Shown here piece after piece: positions 8,845-19,654 of a stretch of DNA of 64,000 nt (position 1 is the stretch's first letter; every line of letters starts with the position of its first letter). Location: the IMG/VR virus record IMGVR_UViG_3300035703_000008, positions 1-64,000 of that record; one strand, given 5' to 3'. The translations under genes were made by a program, and so were the position numbers. Below the pieces are notes generated by a model. It was not told the DNA's origin and did no database searches. It saw nothing but the letters and a program-made list of their open reading frames with translations.

Positions 8845-10122
8845 ATGAACTATAAAGTAGCAGATATCTCACTGGCCGCTTGGGGCCATCGCGAAATCGC
8901 CATTGCCGAGCACGAAATGCCGGGTCTCATGGCCATCCAGAGCAAGTACCAAGGTCAGCTGCCTTTAAAGGGCGCTCGAATCGTGGGCAGCCTGCACATG
9001 ACCATCCAGACAGCGGTACTGATCAAAGTTCTAGTGGCGCTCGGTGCCGAAGTGCGCTGGAGTTCCTGCAACATCTTCTCTACGCAGGACCATGCTGCTG
9101 CAGCCATTGCTGACCTTGGCATCCCTGTGTTTGCTTGGAAAGGCGAAACCGAAGAAGAATACTGGTGGTGCATCGATCAGACCATCGAGGGCTGGCAGCC
9201 CAACATGATCCTCGACGACGGTCACGATCTCACCGATCGTATCATCACCCGGTATCCTGATCTCGTGCCTGGCATCCTGGGAGTCAGCGAAGAAACCACC
9301 ACAGGTATCCTGCGTCTCAGAGAAAAGGCCGCTGCTGGTCAACTACCATTTCCAGCCTTCAACGTCAACGACTCAGTGACCAAGTCAAAGTTTGACAACC
9401 TCTACGGCTGCCGTGAAAGTCTCGTGGATGGCATCAAGCGTGCCACCGATGTCATGATCGCCGGCAAAGTGGCCGTGGTCTGCGGATTTGGTGATGTGGG
9501 CAAAGGATCCGCTGCTGCCTTGCGCACGCTCAGTGCCCAGGTCTGGGTCACTGAAAGCGATCCCATCTGCGCCCTGCAGGCCGCCATGGAAGGCTATCGT
9601 GTTGTGACCATGGACTGGGCCGCTGACAAGGCCGACATCTTTGTCACAGCCACCGGCAACATCAATGTGATCACACGTGCCCACATGGATGTGATGAAGC
9701 ACAACGCCATCGTATGCAACATCGGCCACTTCGACAACGAAATTGATGTGGCTGCCCTCGATGATCTTGCCTGGGAAGAGATCAAGCCCCAAGTGGATCA
9801 CATCTGCTGGCCTGATGGCAAAAGAATCATTCTCTTGGCCCGAGGACGCTTGGTAAACCTGGGCTGCGCTACAGGACATCCTAGTTTCGTGATGTCAAAT
9901 TCGTTTACCAATCAAGTGTTGGCACAGATCGAGCTGTATCAGAATCATAGAGACTACGATTCAGGAGCAGTGTATGTGTTGCCTAAACGACTCGACGAGG
10001 AAGTAGCTCGTTTGCATCTTGCACAGATTGGTGCCCAGCTCACCGAGTTGACTCCGGCACAGGCCGAATACATCAGTGTGCCTGTGGAAGGCCCTTACAA
10101 GCCCGACGCATATAGATACTAA
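8845..10122 (+). CDS. ahcY: S-adenosylhomocysteine hydrolase
   Basis: [56 protein letters not shown]. Confidence 0.97.
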   Translation: MNYKVADISLAAWGHREIAIAEHEMPGLMAIQSKYQGQLPLKGARIVGSLHMTIQTAVLIKVLVALGAEVRWSSCNIFSTQDHAAAAIADLGIPVFAWKGETEEEYWWCIDQTIEGWQPNMILDDGHDLTDRIITRYPDLVPGILGVSEETTTGILRLREKAAAGQLPFPAFNVNDSVTKSKFDNLYGCRESLVDGIKRATDVMIAGKVAVVCGFGDVGKGSAAALRTLSAQVWVTESDPICALQAAMEGYRVVTMDWAADKADIFVTATGNINVITRAHMDVMKHNAIVCNIGHFDNEIDVAALDDLAWEEIKPQVDHICWPDGKRIILLARGRLVNLGCATGHPSFVMSNSFTNQVLAQIELYQNHRDYDSGAVYVLPKRLDEEVARLHLAQIGAQLTELTPAQAEYISVPVEGPYKPDAYRY

Positions 10123-10127
10123 GAACT

Positions 10128-10212
10128 TGCCTTAGGACCGTTGACCCTATGGCCAGTGGGCGGCTGCTGCCCCGATCCTGGATTCGCTACCCCGGCATCG
10201 GAAGTGAGCATA
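10128..10212 (+). ncRNA. candidate structured RNA downstream of ahcY
   Basis: GC-rich intergenic segment folding into three hairpins, with a possible pseudoknot. Confidence 0.4.
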
Positions 10213-10222
10213 TATAATCCAT

Positions 10223-10897
10223 ATGAAACTAGAAATATTAGATCTGTTTGAACCCGGCGAGTGGGATTGGTTAAAACAGGACATGCTGGATCGCATCGAC
10301 GCAGAAGGAGTTGATAGACTCTTTGACGAGAGTTTCGCTGATTCAGTGTGGGGGATCAAAGGCCTGTGTCGAGTGGATCGTCGCGTGGTATTGGCCTACA
10401 ATGATCCGGCTTTCATGATGATAAAACAAATACTGGACCGACATTTTCACGGGTCACAGTGGTTTTATATCGCCTATCAGAGACAGTACATTCCCCACGG
10501 GCTCCATGTCGACATCGGCGATCGACACTATGCCAGCAGTGAAGGTTATAGCCTGGTAATCCCCATGCAACAATCTCCGGAATTCAAATTGTTTCTCTGG
10601 GACAAAAAATTTGACAGCATGGATCAGTTGCAAGAATTTCGCAACGAAATAAAAACACATCCCGAAAAATATATTCCGGTCAACAATCTCAGCCAGGATC
10701 ATCAACTTGCTCATTGCAATCTTGATCTTCCCATCACTGACTATATGGAGCTAGCAGGTATCTATGAGTATAAAATCGGTACCATAGCTAAATTTCCCAA
10801 AAATCATGTTCATGCCAGTCACGACTGGCTGGCGTCCAAAAACCACACGCACAAAGATCTTATCATAATACACAGCATGCCACCTTCCCATGACTAA
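10223..10897 (+). CDS. putative 2OG-Fe(II) oxygenase-like protein
   Basis: YIAYQRQYIPHGLHVD plus HVH; paralogue of 5780..6466. Confidence 0.55.
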   Translation: MKLEILDLFEPGEWDWLKQDMLDRIDAEGVDRLFDESFADSVWGIKGLCRVDRRVVLAYNDPAFMMIKQILDRHFHGSQWFYIAYQRQYIPHGLHVDIGDRHYASSEGYSLVIPMQQSPEFKLFLWDKKFDSMDQLQEFRNEIKTHPEKYIPVNNLSQDHQLAHCNLDLPITDYMELAGIYEYKIGTIAKFPKNHVHASHDWLASKNHTHKDLIIIHSMPPSHD

Positions 10898-12257
10898 TAT
10901 ACACATACCCGTAGAAACTATCCAGCAATGGAAAGCCAGAGTGCTAGATGTCAAAAGCCCCACATTTTGCGGAGCCAAATGGTATCATGCTTCTATGTGG
11001 CTCAACGCTGGAGTGACCACCAGCTGCCACCACAACCCTCCGCATGCCATCGATCGGGAAGCCATTAAAACCAATCCCAGTGCCTTGCACAATACCCCGA
11101 TCAAAAAGCAAGAAAGAGGTATGCTGCAGCGTGGAGAAAAACCCAAGAATTGCCAATTTTGCTGGGTCATGGAAGACCTTGATTCCAACAATGTCAGTGA
11201 TCGGGTATGGCAAAGCACTGTGAGTTCCGAGGAAAGCCTACAATTTGCCTACGAGCAAAGCAACGAAATCGATGTAGCTCCGCATTACCTAGAAGTCAGT
11301 TTCGACCCTACATGCCAGCTGGCCTGCTCATATTGTTGCCCTAGCATATCCAGCAGCTGGGCCAGAGATGTCAAGCAAAACGGTCCCTACCAAAATCTGC
11401 CAACAGATCATCGCAATCACTATATCTATGACGGCAGCGACGCCAGACTGTTTGGCATACAAGAAGTGAATCCCTATGCCGAAGCCTGGTTCCGCTGGTG
11501 GGACACCGAACTACACAAGAGCCTACGGCAGTTAAGGATCACCGGCGGCGAGCCCATGATGAGTCCGCACACTTGGCGTCTTTTAGATTGGCTGGCCAAG
11601 AATCCCAATGAAAGCGAGACACGTATCGAGATGACCACCAATCTCACCTACAACGATGAGATACTGGATCGTTTCCTGGACCATGCCAGTAAAATCAAAC
11701 AACCTATCTGGATCTATACTTCAGGCGAAAGTGTGGGTGCTCGTGCCGAGTACGTGAGAGATGGTCATTCCTGGGAACAATGGCTGAAAAATGTCGAACA
11801 TGTACGCACCAGTGGAGTGATCGAAAATGTCAGTATCTGTGGCACCATGAGCGCGATCAGCAATGATGGGTTCGTGGAGTTCTTGCATTTTCTCTTGGAT
11901 CAGAAACGCCAGTACGGTGCCAACTGGATGTTGATGAGTGTGAACTTGGTTCGATTCCCCACGTTCCAAAACATAGTGGTACTGCCCATGGAACTCAGGA
12001 TGGAGTATGCCCGGGAAATCGAAGACTTCATGGCCATACCCGACGTAGAAACTTTGTTTGTGCCATTTGAAAAAGATCACATCAATCGTTACATACGATA
12101 TCTACGCGGTGTGATCAAACCCCACGACGACGCCGACACCAACATTGATGCGTTGCGTCGCGACTTCCGCAGTTTCTTTGATCAGTATGACCAACGCAGG
12201 AACAAGGACTTTTGTGCCACGTTCCCGCGCTTGGCCGATTGGTATCGCAGTCTCTAG
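10890..12257 (+). CDS. radical SAM protein with N-terminal Twitch/SPASM-like Cys cluster
   Basis: CQLACSYC, TGGEP; N-terminal C...CHH...CQFC. Confidence 0.9.
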   Translation: MTNIHIPVETIQQWKARVLDVKSPTFCGAKWYHASMWLNAGVTTSCHHNPPHAIDREAIKTNPSALHNTPIKKQERGMLQRGEKPKNCQFCWVMEDLDSNNVSDRVWQSTVSSEESLQFAYEQSNEIDVAPHYLEVSFDPTCQLACSYCCPSISSSWARDVKQNGPYQNLPTDHRNHYIYDGSDARLFGIQEVNPYAEAWFRWWDTELHKSLRQLRITGGEPMMSPHTWRLLDWLAKNPNESETRIEMTTNLTYNDEILDRFLDHASKIKQPIWIYTSGESVGARAEYVRDGHSWEQWLKNVEHVRTSGVIENVSICGTMSAISNDGFVEFLHFLLDQKRQYGANWMLMSVNLVRFPTFQNIVVLPMELRMEYAREIEDFMAIPDVETLFVPFEKDHINRYIRYLRGVIKPHDDADTNIDALRRDFRSFFDQYDQRRNKDFCATFPRLADWYRSL

Positions 12258-12958
12258 TTTGTGACTGGCTTGCTGGTGGCCACATAAGGCGCCGTGGGCG
12301 CCTGATACCTCTCCAATGGCACAGCATTTACTGTGAGACCCAGGAGACTGCTATAGCGTATCTCATCGGTGTCGTTGACACCACCGTGCCAGGAATTGTT
12401 GGTGTTGGCATGCCACCATCCGTCACCGTAGGCAGTAGTGATGCGTGTGGGATTATTTCTTTCTAGATCATCCCAGAAAAAACTGCTGAGTCGAGGATCA
12501 TCGTGCTCGCTCCAGTAAACAAGCCCGGTAGCTACCAAAAGGCGATAATCAGTGTGTATATCGTTGACGAACCCAGGTAGGTCTTTGGTGAGTTCACCGT
12601 GTATGGCGCAGTGTTTGAACATGCTGTCTGGCTGCCATCCCCACCAAGACGGGAATTCAGGCAAGCGATCGTACATGGCATCGATGAGCTTGCGCTTGAG
12701 TTCATCCGAGCAGAAATATCTCTGCAGTTCCCAGAGTTTGCGATTTTCCTGGCGTGGCCACAGTACCTTGAACCGCTTGCCAGGCCAGTGATTGATGTTG
12801 ACCTCGCTGGTGGCTCCAAAAGGTTGCCAGTTCTCGCACTCGAACTCTTCTAGTAGCTCATTGCGAGTATAAGGGATATCGATTTTGAGACGAAACAAAT
12901 GACGCTTTTCTTCTACTGCATCCATGCGGATATTAAAACCCGGGAATGATTTTTCCAT
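12254..12958 (-). CDS. 2OG-Fe(II) oxygenase-like protein
   Basis: IHTD...SWHG......R facial triad pattern; start uncertain. Confidence 0.6.
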   Translation of the reverse strand: MEKSFPGFNIRMDAVEEKRHLFRLKIDIPYTRNELLEEFECENWQPFGATSEVNINHWPGKRFKVLWPRQENRKLWELQRYFCSDELKRKLIDAMYDRLPEFPSWWGWQPDSMFKHCAIHGELTKDLPGFVNDIHTDYRLLVATGLVYWSEHDDPRLSSFFWDDLERNNPTRITTAYGDGWWHANTNNSWHGGVNDTDEIRYSSLLGLTVNAVPLERYQAPTAPYVATSKPVTN

Positions 12959-12971
12959 ATATAAAGTTCCA

Positions 12972-14183
12972 ATGAATAAAAATTCTAAACTGTACTGCGT
13001 ATGGGCCGATTCGGGCCTGGCCTTGCACAACAGCGGGCGCACTCTCTTGTGTTGTCACAGTCGTAAATATCTACAGGACGAGAGCGGCAACGATATTTAC
13101 CTACACACCCACTCCCTGGAGCAAAGTCTCGACAGTCCCACACGGCAGGAAATACAGGCGGCCCTGGAACAAGGCGAGCAGCATTGGAACTGCCAGGCCT
13201 GCTGGGACGAGGAATCTGCCGGCAGAGACAGTCGCAGGGTAGTATCCAACCGCATGAATCAACACATAGATACCAGTGGTCGTAATCCCAAGCTCTTGGA
13301 TCTCAAGCTGGGCAACACCTGCAACCTGGCCTGCCGTCATTGCTGGCCCGAAGTTTCCAGCAAGTGGGTCCGAGATTTCTACGAGATCGCTGTGCGGAAG
13401 ACCGGGCAGAGCTATCCTGAATACCTTGCACGCTGGGACTCGATACAAAAGAGCTATGATCGAGACAACGAACCCTTGTGGACACAGTTGCGAGAATACG
13501 TGGATGGCGCCGAGTACATTGATGTGTATGGTGCTGAACCCATGCTGCTGCATCGGCTCTGGGAGATACTGGACTACAGTGTACAATCGGGACACAGTCA
13601 GCATCAAAGCATACATGTCAACACCAACGGAACCATCTGGAATCCCCGATACATCGAGACACTGGGTAAATTCCGTCATGCGCAGATCGATCTCAGCATC
13701 GACGGTGTAGATCAGCACTTCGACTACATACGTTACGGAGAGCCTTGGTCAGTGATGGCCGAGAATCTCGATCGTTACAAGGCCTGGAGTGATCCTCTGC
13801 CCAACGTCAATATCTGTGTGTGTATCACTGTGTTCGCCCTCAATGTCTGGTATCTGCCTGAGCTTTATCGATTTTTCCGAGAACGAAAAATCAGCGTGTT
13901 CTTCAACTTCTTGCACATGCCCCAGTACCTCAATCTCAAGACCTTCCCTGATCCCATCAAACAGGCCATCATAGAAAAACTCGACAGCGTGACCATCGAC
14001 TCGAGGTGGGAGCAAGAGATCCCAGCCGTAAAAAACTTCTTATTGGCCCGAGATCATGACCCCCAGCAACAATGGAAAGATTTCTGCCGTAACACCGATC
14101 ACCTTGACCAACTAAGATCTCAGTCGTTCAGTGACACATTCCCGGAGTTTTGGTCAGTGGTCAAGCCCCATTGGCAAGCCTGA
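12972..14183 (+). CDS. radical SAM protein (Twitch/SPASM-like)
   Basis: CNLACRHC, YGAEP, NTNGT, LSIDG; N-terminal C..CC..CQAC. Confidence 0.9.
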   Translation: MNKNSKLYCVWADSGLALHNSGRTLLCCHSRKYLQDESGNDIYLHTHSLEQSLDSPTRQEIQAALEQGEQHWNCQACWDEESAGRDSRRVVSNRMNQHIDTSGRNPKLLDLKLGNTCNLACRHCWPEVSSKWVRDFYEIAVRKTGQSYPEYLARWDSIQKSYDRDNEPLWTQLREYVDGAEYIDVYGAEPMLLHRLWEILDYSVQSGHSQHQSIHVNTNGTIWNPRYIETLGKFRHAQIDLSIDGVDQHFDYIRYGEPWSVMAENLDRYKAWSDPLPNVNICVCITVFALNVWYLPELYRFFRERKISVFFNFLHMPQYLNLKTFPDPIKQAIIEKLDSVTIDSRWEQEIPAVKNFLLARDHDPQQQWKDFCRNTDHLDQLRSQSFSDTFPEFWSVVKPHWQA

Positions 14184-14949
14184 TGTCGGGTTCCAAGAGA
14201 TCGGCGATGCGACGGTGGCAACCCGGTCCGGGATGCAACAGGTCTCGACCGTAATCCATCTCCCCAGCAAAGAAATCGTTGATGTCGATCTCAAACAAAG
14301 GTATGCCAAGGCTTTCACAAAGGTATCGCATGGTGCAGGCATTCTTGATGGCTGCCAGGCGACGATTCTCATCGTGTTCTACCCACACACGATAATAGTT
14401 GTCCGATGTCGTGGGAGGTTCGCCGCCTCCGCAAGCGTTGACACCGTAGACTGATGCATGCTTGTAGTCTTCGATGAGTTCGTAGCGATGATCAAAGGTT
14501 TTCTGCCAGATCACAAACCTCGGGCTCAACTTGGGTAACCATGTCATGGCCAGTCTCACTGCCGACGAATCGCTGCTGCCGTTCATTCCAAAGTTGTAAC
14601 TGGCTAGCCCCAATCTCTGTGCCAGGTCTTGGTGATAGAGATCCGATTCACACAATGCAGCACCAAAGGTCACACTGTCACCGAACACGCAAAAATGGGA
14701 GCGATCGCTACGGTGTTCCTCGCCGCGAAATCCATGTCCATTGAACCGGTATTCGATAGTGCGGTCCATCCACCCGTTGCGTTCCAGTTGGCTGCGCTGA
14801 CTGCGATCGCGTAGCTTTTTTTCGAAACTCTCTTGATTGTCCTCGCCGAACCATTCCAGTGTTTGGTCCCTCATGTAGTCCTGCCAAGTCTTGATCTCGG
14901 TCAGTTCTGGCATGTCAAATATGTCAGTGTGTTTTTGGTAGTAGAGCAT
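14161..14949 (-). CDS. SGNH/GDSL-like protein
   Basis: FNGHGFRG, FGDSVTFG, NFG, DLLHPG. Confidence 0.65.
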   Translation of the reverse strand: MLYYQKHTDIFDMPELTEIKTWQDYMRDQTLEWFGEDNQESFEKKLRDRSQRSQLERNGWMDRTIEYRFNGHGFRGEEHRSDRSHFCVFGDSVTFGAALCESDLYHQDLAQRLGLASYNFGMNGSSDSSAVRLAMTWLPKLSPRFVIWQKTFDHRYELIEDYKHASVYGVNACGGGEPPTTSDNYYRVWVEHDENRRLAAIKNACTMRYLCESLGIPLFEIDINDFFAGEMDYGRDLLHPGPGCHRRIADLLEPDIRLANGA

Positions 14950-15042
14950 AGAGATATTTACTGGTTGTCCAAAACGGCGGGAAACTATTTGATTTACGCC
15001 CTACACACATGTATAATTACAGCTCTTGTACTAGGAGATCAC

Positions 15043-15303
15043 ATGGACACACGTACTTTCAGCGCCGAACAAAAGGCCAAACTCACACAGCTCATCAACG
15101 AAGGCATGCAGGTCATGCATGAAGTGGAAACACTCAACGGTGGACTCACTGATACCATCAAGGCCGTGGCCGAAGAGCTGGACGTCAAGCCCAGCATCCT
15201 GAAAAAAGCCATCCGCTTGGCACACAAGGCCGAGTTTGGCAAAGAGCAACAGGACCATGCCTTGCTGGAGCATATCTTGACCACGGTGGGCAAAACACTT
15301 TAA
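15043..15303 (+). CDS. T4 DsbA-like dsDNA-binding protein
   Basis: 86-aa helical protein; AGGAG RBS; sigma70-like TTGATT-17-TATAAT at 14989-15017; upstream of the polymerase. Confidence 0.6.
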   Translation: MDTRTFSAEQKAKLTQLINEGMQVMHEVETLNGGLTDTIKAVAEELDVKPSILKKAIRLAHKAEFGKEQQDHALLEHILTTVGKTL

Positions 15304-16019
15304 TGATTATTTTGAGTTTTCCGGGCGGAGCTGGTGGTAACTGGCTTAAACGACTCATCAGAGACGACTTCGAAGAGTTTAAAACACCCGGAATCAACTT
15401 TCATCGTAAAAGAAACACCGATTCCACTGTAAAACTGATTCACGAATTGGATCGTACCAAATTCACTCATCTATACAGCGGAACCTTTTACTTTAATTTT
15501 TATGTCAACGTGTTGTACAAACATTTTGTACATGAACGAAAAATACAAAATCTGGATTACGAATCAGCATTGTTGACTTGTGTAGACACTGCAAAGTATA
15601 TTTGCAGCTTTGATCTGATCAAAGACTCTATCCACTTTGATTTCGACGATCTGGTGCACCGCCCTGATGAGTTTATTCGCAAAGTCAATGCAGTCCAACT
15701 GGAATATCAATTGCCTATCACCCACAGCGACAGATATTTCAGTTTTAGAAAAGACTTCTTTGATACCTGCGTCAACATCTCGGATTTGCACGAAAATTTT
15801 GACAACATGATATGGACATCCTTTGTGATCGGGCAACTCATGAATTTAAATATTGTACCCAACGATTTTGAGATCCACCGTGTTGACAATCAGTCCTTGT
15901 GTAAAAAATTTGCCATTGACAACTACAGCAATTGTATGTTAAAAAACAGCTATGAGTTTCAATCATCGGTGTTGTTAGATGATTTCTTGAGCGGAAACGT
16001 ATTTACTGGAAGCCTGTGA
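15303..16019 (+). CDS. sulfotransferase/P-loop-like hypothetical protein
   Basis: N-terminal FPGGAGGNWL; AT-rich. Confidence 0.45.
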   Translation: MIILSFPGGAGGNWLKRLIRDDFEEFKTPGINFHRKRNTDSTVKLIHELDRTKFTHLYSGTFYFNFYVNVLYKHFVHERKIQNLDYESALLTCVDTAKYICSFDLIKDSIHFDFDDLVHRPDEFIRKVNAVQLEYQLPITHSDRYFSFRKDFFDTCVNISDLHENFDNMIWTSFVIGQLMNLNIVPNDFEIHRVDNQSLCKKFAIDNYSNCMLKNSYEFQSSVLLDDFLSGNVFTGSL

Positions 16020-18673
16020 GTTACATCGACGCACTTTTTGATCGCGACCGCGATCGCATACACATCGTGGGCCGGAGAAACGGCGAGCGCTACTACGAAG
16101 ATCATCCGGCCACTTATGTGTTCTACTACGACGACCCCAGGGGCAAGTTCCGCAGCATCTACGGAAACCCAGTGTCGAGATTTTCGAGCAGGAACAACAA
16201 AGAGTTTCGCAAAGAGCTAAGGATTCAAAGCGGCAAGAACACCTACGAAGCCGACATCAATCCTGTGTTCCGATGCTTGGAGGAAAACTACAAAGGACAA
16301 GATGCGCCGCGCTTGCACACCGCGTTCTTTGACATCGAAGTAGACTTTGACCCCGAGCGCGGATTCAGCCGTCCCGAAGATCCGTTCAATCCCATCACTG
16401 CCATCTCGGTATACCTGGACTGGCTAGACCAGCTAGTGACCCTGGTGCGTCCGCCGCGACATATGAGCGCAGAGACCGCACAAGAGATCGCAGCCGAGTT
16501 CCCCAACACGTTTGTATTCCACGACGAAGCCGAACTGCTAGACACTTTCCTTAATCTCATCGAGGATGCCGATGTCTTGAGTGGCTGGAACTCCGAGGGC
16601 TATGATATTCCTTACACCGTGATGCGTACCACACGGGTGATGAGCAAAGACGACACGCGTCGTTTCTGCCTTTGGAATCAACTGCCCAAGCAGCGTACCT
16701 TTGAAAGATTTGGCGCCGAGAACATCACATTCGATCTCATCGGTCGTGTGCATCTCGACTACATGCAACTGTATCGTAAATACACCTATGAAGAACGACA
16801 CAGCTACAGCCTGGATGCCATCGGAGAATACGAAGAACTGGGATCAAAAACAGCCTTCGAAGGAACCTTGGATCAGCTCTACAACCAAAACTGGAAAACC
16901 TTCATCGAGTACAACCGCCAAGACGTGCAGCTCTTGGCAGCCATTGACAAAAAACTGCGTTTCCTGGATCTAGCCAACACACTGGCTCATGAAAACACAG
17001 TGCTCCTACCCACTACCATGGGTGCGGTAGCAGTTACCGAGCAAGCCATCATCAACGAAGCCCACGAACGTGGAATGGTAGTACCTGTCAGAAAGGAACG
17101 CCTCACTGATGAAGACACACAAGCCGCAGGTGCCTATGTTGCTTATCCCAAAAAAGGTATGCACGAATGGATCGGGTCAATCGACATCAACAGTCTATAC
17201 CCGTCAACCATCCGCGCTCTTAACATGGGGCCGGAAACCATCGTAGGCCAGTTGAGGCCCACGATGACTGACCGCTACATCGCAGAAAAGATGCGTGGCG
17301 GTGCCAGTTTCGCGGCAGCCTGGGAGGGCCTGTTCGGCACACTCGAATACATGGCCGTGATGGAACAGCAGCGTGGCACAGAGATCACCATCGACTGGCA
17401 AGATGGCGAGGAAACTGTGCATTCGGCCGCGGAAGTATGGCGCATGATCTTTGATTCAAACCAGCCCTGGATGATATCGGCCAATGGTACTATCTTCACT
17501 TATGAGACCGAAGCCGTGATCCCGGGCTTGCTCAAGCGTTGGTATGCCGAGCGTAAGGACATGCAGAAAAAGCTAAAGGAATCCACTACCAAGGAAGATG
17601 AAGAATACTGGGACAAGAGACAGCTGGTCAAGAAGATTAACCTTAACAGCCTTTATGGCGCTATCCTTAATCCTGGCTGTAGGTTTTTTGACAAAAGGAT
17701 CGGTCAATCCACCACGCTTACCGGTCGTGCCATCGCGCAACACATGGATGCCTATGTAAACGAATGTGTGACTGGCAGCTATGATCACGTTGGTGAGGCC
17801 ATCATCTACGGTGACACAGACTCGTGTTACTTTTCTGCGTGGCCGGTGCTGCAGCGAGAAGTGGCCGAAGGGCGCATGGCATGGTCCAAAGAGACCTGCA
17901 TCCAGCTCTATGACAGCATCGCTGACCAAGTCAATGACTCATTCCCGGGATTTATGGAACGAGCTTTCCACTGTCCCAGGGAGATGGGCTCGGTGATCCG
18001 AGGCGGTCGCGAGATTGTGGGATCCAAAGGCCTGTTCATCACCAAGAAACGCTATGCCGTGATGATCATCGACAAGGAAGGCAAGAGGATTGATGTGCAA
18101 GGTCGGCCTGGACGGGTCAAGGCCATGGGCCTGGATCTCAAGAGATCTGACACGCCGCGTGTGATCCAGGACTTCCTCAGCGACGTTCTCAACGATGTGC
18201 TCACTGGTGTCACAAGAGAGCAAGTGATCGAGAAGATACGTGACTTCAAATACCAATTCTCTGAGCGTCCGGGCTGGGAGAAAGGTTCGCCCAAGCGTGC
18301 CAACAACATCACCATGTATGGCAAGAAAGAAGAGCGAGAAGGCAAAGCCAACATGCCAGGCCATGTGCGGGCGAGTTTGAATTGGAACACTCTACGACGC
18401 ATGAATTCAGACAACTACTCGATGCAGATCGTGGACGGCATGAAAGTGATCGTGTGCAAGCTCAAATCCAATCCCTTGGGCTGGACATCGATCGCGTACC
18501 CCACTGACGAACTGCATCTGCCACAGTGGTTCCGTGATCTGCCATTTGACGACGCCGAGATGGAGGCCACCGTCATAGACGGCAAGATTGACAACCTATT
18601 AGGTGTTTTGGACTGGGATCTTGGGTCGGCTACCAACACCGAAAACACTTTCCAGACCTTGTTTGAGTTCTAG
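16016..18673 (+). CDS. family B DNA polymerase (T4 gp43-like)
   Basis: FFDIEVD exonuclease I motif, DINSLYPS, KINLNSLYG, YGDTDS, KKRY. Confidence 0.97.
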   Translation: MSYIDALFDRDRDRIHIVGRRNGERYYEDHPATYVFYYDDPRGKFRSIYGNPVSRFSSRNNKEFRKELRIQSGKNTYEADINPVFRCLEENYKGQDAPRLHTAFFDIEVDFDPERGFSRPEDPFNPITAISVYLDWLDQLVTLVRPPRHMSAETAQEIAAEFPNTFVFHDEAELLDTFLNLIEDADVLSGWNSEGYDIPYTVMRTTRVMSKDDTRRFCLWNQLPKQRTFERFGAENITFDLIGRVHLDYMQLYRKYTYEERHSYSLDAIGEYEELGSKTAFEGTLDQLYNQNWKTFIEYNRQDVQLLAAIDKKLRFLDLANTLAHENTVLLPTTMGAVAVTEQAIINEAHERGMVVPVRKERLTDEDTQAAGAYVAYPKKGMHEWIGSIDINSLYPSTIRALNMGPETIVGQLRPTMTDRYIAEKMRGGASFAAAWEGLFGTLEYMAVMEQQRGTEITIDWQDGEETVHSAAEVWRMIFDSNQPWMISANGTIFTYETEAVIPGLLKRWYAERKDMQKKLKESTTKEDEEYWDKRQLVKKINLNSLYGAILNPGCRFFDKRIGQSTTLTGRAIAQHMDAYVNECVTGSYDHVGEAIIYGDTDSCYFSAWPVLQREVAEGRMAWSKETCIQLYDSIADQVNDSFPGFMERAFHCPREMGSVIRGGREIVGSKGLFITKKRYAVMIIDKEGKRIDVQGRPGRVKAMGLDLKRSDTPRVIQDFLSDVLNDVLTGVTREQVIEKIRDFKYQFSERPGWEKGSPKRANNITMYGKKEEREGKANMPGHVRASLNWNTLRRMNSDNYSMQIVDGMKVIVCKLKSNPLGWTSIAYPTDELHLPQWFRDLPFDDAEMEATVIDGKIDNLLGVLDWDLGSATNTENTFQTLFEF

Positions 18674-18674
18674 C

Positions 18675-19619
18675 ATGCAACTGAGCCGACTCATCGCTTT
18701 CCGAAACATGCTACGAGATCTGCGTCCTCGTGACACCGACAATGTGATACGGCAACACGTAGGTCCCAGCCTACATTGGACTCAGACACATCAGGTGCGT
18801 TACGAAGGATTGGTAGACGAGCTCGAGCGTGGATTCAAGGGCATACAAACCGCCTATGCCGAATATGAAAACACCATTGACGTGATCTTAGATCGAGTGC
18901 AGCGCGACATCGACGCCATGGAAACACGCTATTTCGCTGACAGTCAGCGACTCTACGAAAATGATTTCCGCTTTGAACCTGCGGACTATGTGCTGGATCG
19001 TAGGCTGCAGTTTGATGCTGCTACCCAAGAGTATCTCATGGGTCGTATCCAACTGTTCAGTGACTGGCGCCATGCTGGCATGATCTTGCATCCAGGTCGC
19101 GAAGATTGGGTGGAACATCTGGTTGGGTGTGATCCTCTCTATCTAGTGGATGTCAACAGCGAACTAATGATACCAGCACGCGATCGGTTCAACGAGCAGT
19201 ATCAACGTCGCTTGAGGATCTACAGCATACGCGAAAGCACCGATGCTGACATGATGTCAAGGATCCCAGAATCTCAGTTTGGGTTCTGCTTGGCCTACAA
19301 CTTCTTCAACTATCGACCCATGGAGATCATGGAAACCTATCTCGCCCAGATCTATCAACGCCTAAGACCTGGCGGTGTGTTTGCGTTCACTTTCAACGAC
19401 TGTGATCGCCACGGCGCTGTTGAACTCACCGAGCGCTTTTTTATGTGCTACACTCCGGGCAGCCTTGTTGAAGCCTTTTGCGATCGCCTAGGCTTCGTGA
19501 CACGAGAGAAGCGAGCCCTAGACAATGCCACTACCTGGATGGAAGTGGCCAAGCCCGGCGAGTTTGTCACCCTCCGCGGCGGACAAAGTTTGGCCAGAGT
19601 GGTTGCTGATTCTAAATAG
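18675..19619 (+). CDS. class I SAM-dependent methyltransferase-like protein
   Basis: IYQRLRPGGVFAF motif. Confidence 0.6.
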   Translation: MQLSRLIAFRNMLRDLRPRDTDNVIRQHVGPSLHWTQTHQVRYEGLVDELERGFKGIQTAYAEYENTIDVILDRVQRDIDAMETRYFADSQRLYENDFRFEPADYVLDRRLQFDAATQEYLMGRIQLFSDWRHAGMILHPGREDWVEHLVGCDPLYLVDVNSELMIPARDRFNEQYQRRLRIYSIRESTDADMMSRIPESQFGFCLAYNFFNYRPMEIMETYLAQIYQRLRPGGVFAFTFNDCDRHGAVELTERFFMCYTPGSLVEAFCDRLGFVTREKRALDNATTWMEVAKPGEFVTLRGGQSLARVVADSK

Positions 19620-19654
19620 ATGCTGTACACTGAAACGACTTTCAAGGAGAAAAC

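Noticed and set aside
16016-18673. Intein or intron in the DNA polymerase
   Set aside because: Continuous 885-aa ORF with normally spaced motifs
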